64,000 nucleotides of DNA, taken from NCBI GenBank assembly GCA_950097015.1, contig CATNEN010000003.1:11284001-11348000 (forward strand), given 5' to 3'. Below the pieces are notes generated by a model. It saw only the letters and a list, made by a program, of their open reading frames with translations. It did not search any database and was not told where the DNA came from. Below are positions 62,137 through 64,000 of the stretch, in pieces (position 1 is the stretch's first letter; each line of letters begins with the position of its first letter). A program made the translations under genes and the position numbers. The stretch is from Macrostomum hystrix (taxonomy: Eukaryota > Animalia > Platyhelminthes).

Positions 62137-62859
62137 CACGACTTGTGAAGATTATTTAAGTCGGGAAGATTCTTCGAGTTCAGAAGATTCCACAATATGG
62201 CGATTCTTTAAGGCGGTTCCAATAGTCAGGATGGTAGGTGCGAGTGTTTTTTATCAAGATTAAAAATTAATATCTAGATTTTGAAATAAAATTCAAGTGA
62301 CAAAAGTACTTAGGTCAGCAATCCTGCGAATAGAAATCTTCAAGTCACACGGTATTTCTTGTTTTTCTTTCATTCTTAGAAAGAAAGCATTTTTTGGCCG
62401 GTTGACCCGAAAGAAAGAGAAAAAAAAGTTGCCACACTAAAAAGCACTGCTTTCGCTCCTAGAATATTGTCAAGGTGATAGAAGTCTTAGTAATGTAATA
62501 ATAATTCAATCATTGGGTGTTAATGCAAATTTTTCTTGATTTTTGGCCTTAACTGACCTGTCGAGAATAGCTGGCCTTCTTAATTCCACCTTTTGTTTGA
62601 AACTAATCTACCAGGAACTAAGACACAAGACATGTTCACCTGATTACGTAATGATATTAATATTTATAAGCCTGCGTCCTCATAATTTTCGAATGTCATA
62701 GGTGAATCTGGTTCATTTGGTTATTATGGAAAAATAATCTACTTCACTGATTAGGTCATGTCATACAGCTGTCATTTTATTATTTTAGGGTCATCGAACG
62801 TACTTTGACTGTCATTTTCATTTTAATTTTCTTATTGGTTATTCAATCAATCATCAATA

Positions 62860-63615
62860 GTGACCATTCATCAAATTTCATTCATCAGTGATAGTCATGC
62901 ATCCATGATGGTCATTCATCAATAACGGACATTCATTAATTAAGGTCATTCATAAAGCATGATCATTCAACAATGCCGGTCATTCATCAAATTTCATTCT
63001 TCAGTGATAGTCATTCATAAATGATGGTCATTCATCAAAGAAGGTCATTAATTAATTATGTTCATTCATTAATTATTATGGTCATTCATCAATCATGGTC
63101 ATTCATCAATTATGGTCATTCATCAATTATGGTCATTCATCAATTATGGTCATTCATCAATCATGGTCATTCATCAATTATGGTCATTCATCAATTATGG
63201 TCATTCATCAACTATGGTCATTCATCAATTATGGTCATTCATCAATTATGGTCATTCATCAATTATGGTCATTCATCAATTATGGTCATTCATCAATTAT
63301 GGTCATTCATCAATAACGGACATTCATTAATTAAGGTCATTCATAAAGCATGATCATTCAACAATGCCGGTCATTCATCAAATTTCATTCTTCAGTGATA
63401 GTCATTCATAAATGATGGTCATTCATCAAAGAAGGTCATTAATTAATTATGTTCATTCATTAATTATTATGGTCATTCATCAATCATGGTCATTCATCAA
63501 TTATGGTCATTCATCAATTATGGTCATTCATCAATTATGGTCATTCATCAATTATGGTCATTCATCAATTATGGTCATTTTACTAATGGCGATCATTCAT
63601 CAAGGATGGTCATTT
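62860..63615. repeat. 17 bp minisatellite (GGTCATTCATCAATTAT)n with a 391 bp higher-order duplication
   Basis: The block starting ~62910 recurs at ~63301; ORFs at 63021 and 63412 start identically. Confidence 0.93.
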
Positions 63616-64000
63616 ATGAATGACTTTCATTTAACCATGATGATTGTAATAAAAACTACGATCGTAAAGGTGCAAGCGCGCCTACTACATATCGAAGCTA
63701 ACTACATATTTTACTAACCAAGTCAGGAGTATCATATCATGTCATTGTCATGTCTCCTAGCTCCAGTGTATAATAGGGTCGGCCAAGTGTTTTAGCTTTA
63801 CTTATTAAACTAACATGCTTATGTATATACTACACAAACTCAGAGCGAACTGTGTGTTTAGGCTGACAGATCGACAGATAGCAGAATGGCCGAAGCCTTA
63901 ACCCTGTCTCTAAGAAAATCCTATATAACAAAGCTTTGTTTACTTAGGAGTAAAGCAGTCACTCAGTGACTTGCCTAGCAATGTGCTGAAGAGGTCATAC

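Overview
Eukaryotic, intron-containing genomic DNA that is rich in minisatellites. The noggin-like gene and repeat style suggest an invertebrate, possibly a free-living flatworm, but this is inference only. Bases 1.6-14.6 kb hold five tandem minus-strand paralogues of a three-exon secreted protein (signal peptide + PAN/Apple domain + ConA-like/LamG-pentraxin-type domain, about 332-340 aa). All five share a nearly invariant ~406 bp core that includes a whole 110 bp intron, while leaders and C-terminal domains are strongly diverged and patchwork. This constant-core/variable-domain layout, apparently shaped by gene conversion, is the main candidate novel system. Downstream lie an SLCO/OATP transporter (5 exons), a secreted SUEL lectin, a secreted 10-Cys peptide precursor and a six-exon ZCCHC7/Air1-2 orthologue (reconstructed across 16 kb, with a probable GC-AG intron). 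They are followed by an intronless MARCH RING-CH ligase and an intronless noggin-like gene. Mobile DNA includes mariner and Crypton-like relics, two tRNA-derived SINE families, two hAT-type MITEs with 8 bp TSDs (one nested and carrying a candidate type I hammerhead ribozyme) and about 20 tandem arrays. All calls were made by eye, without database searches.
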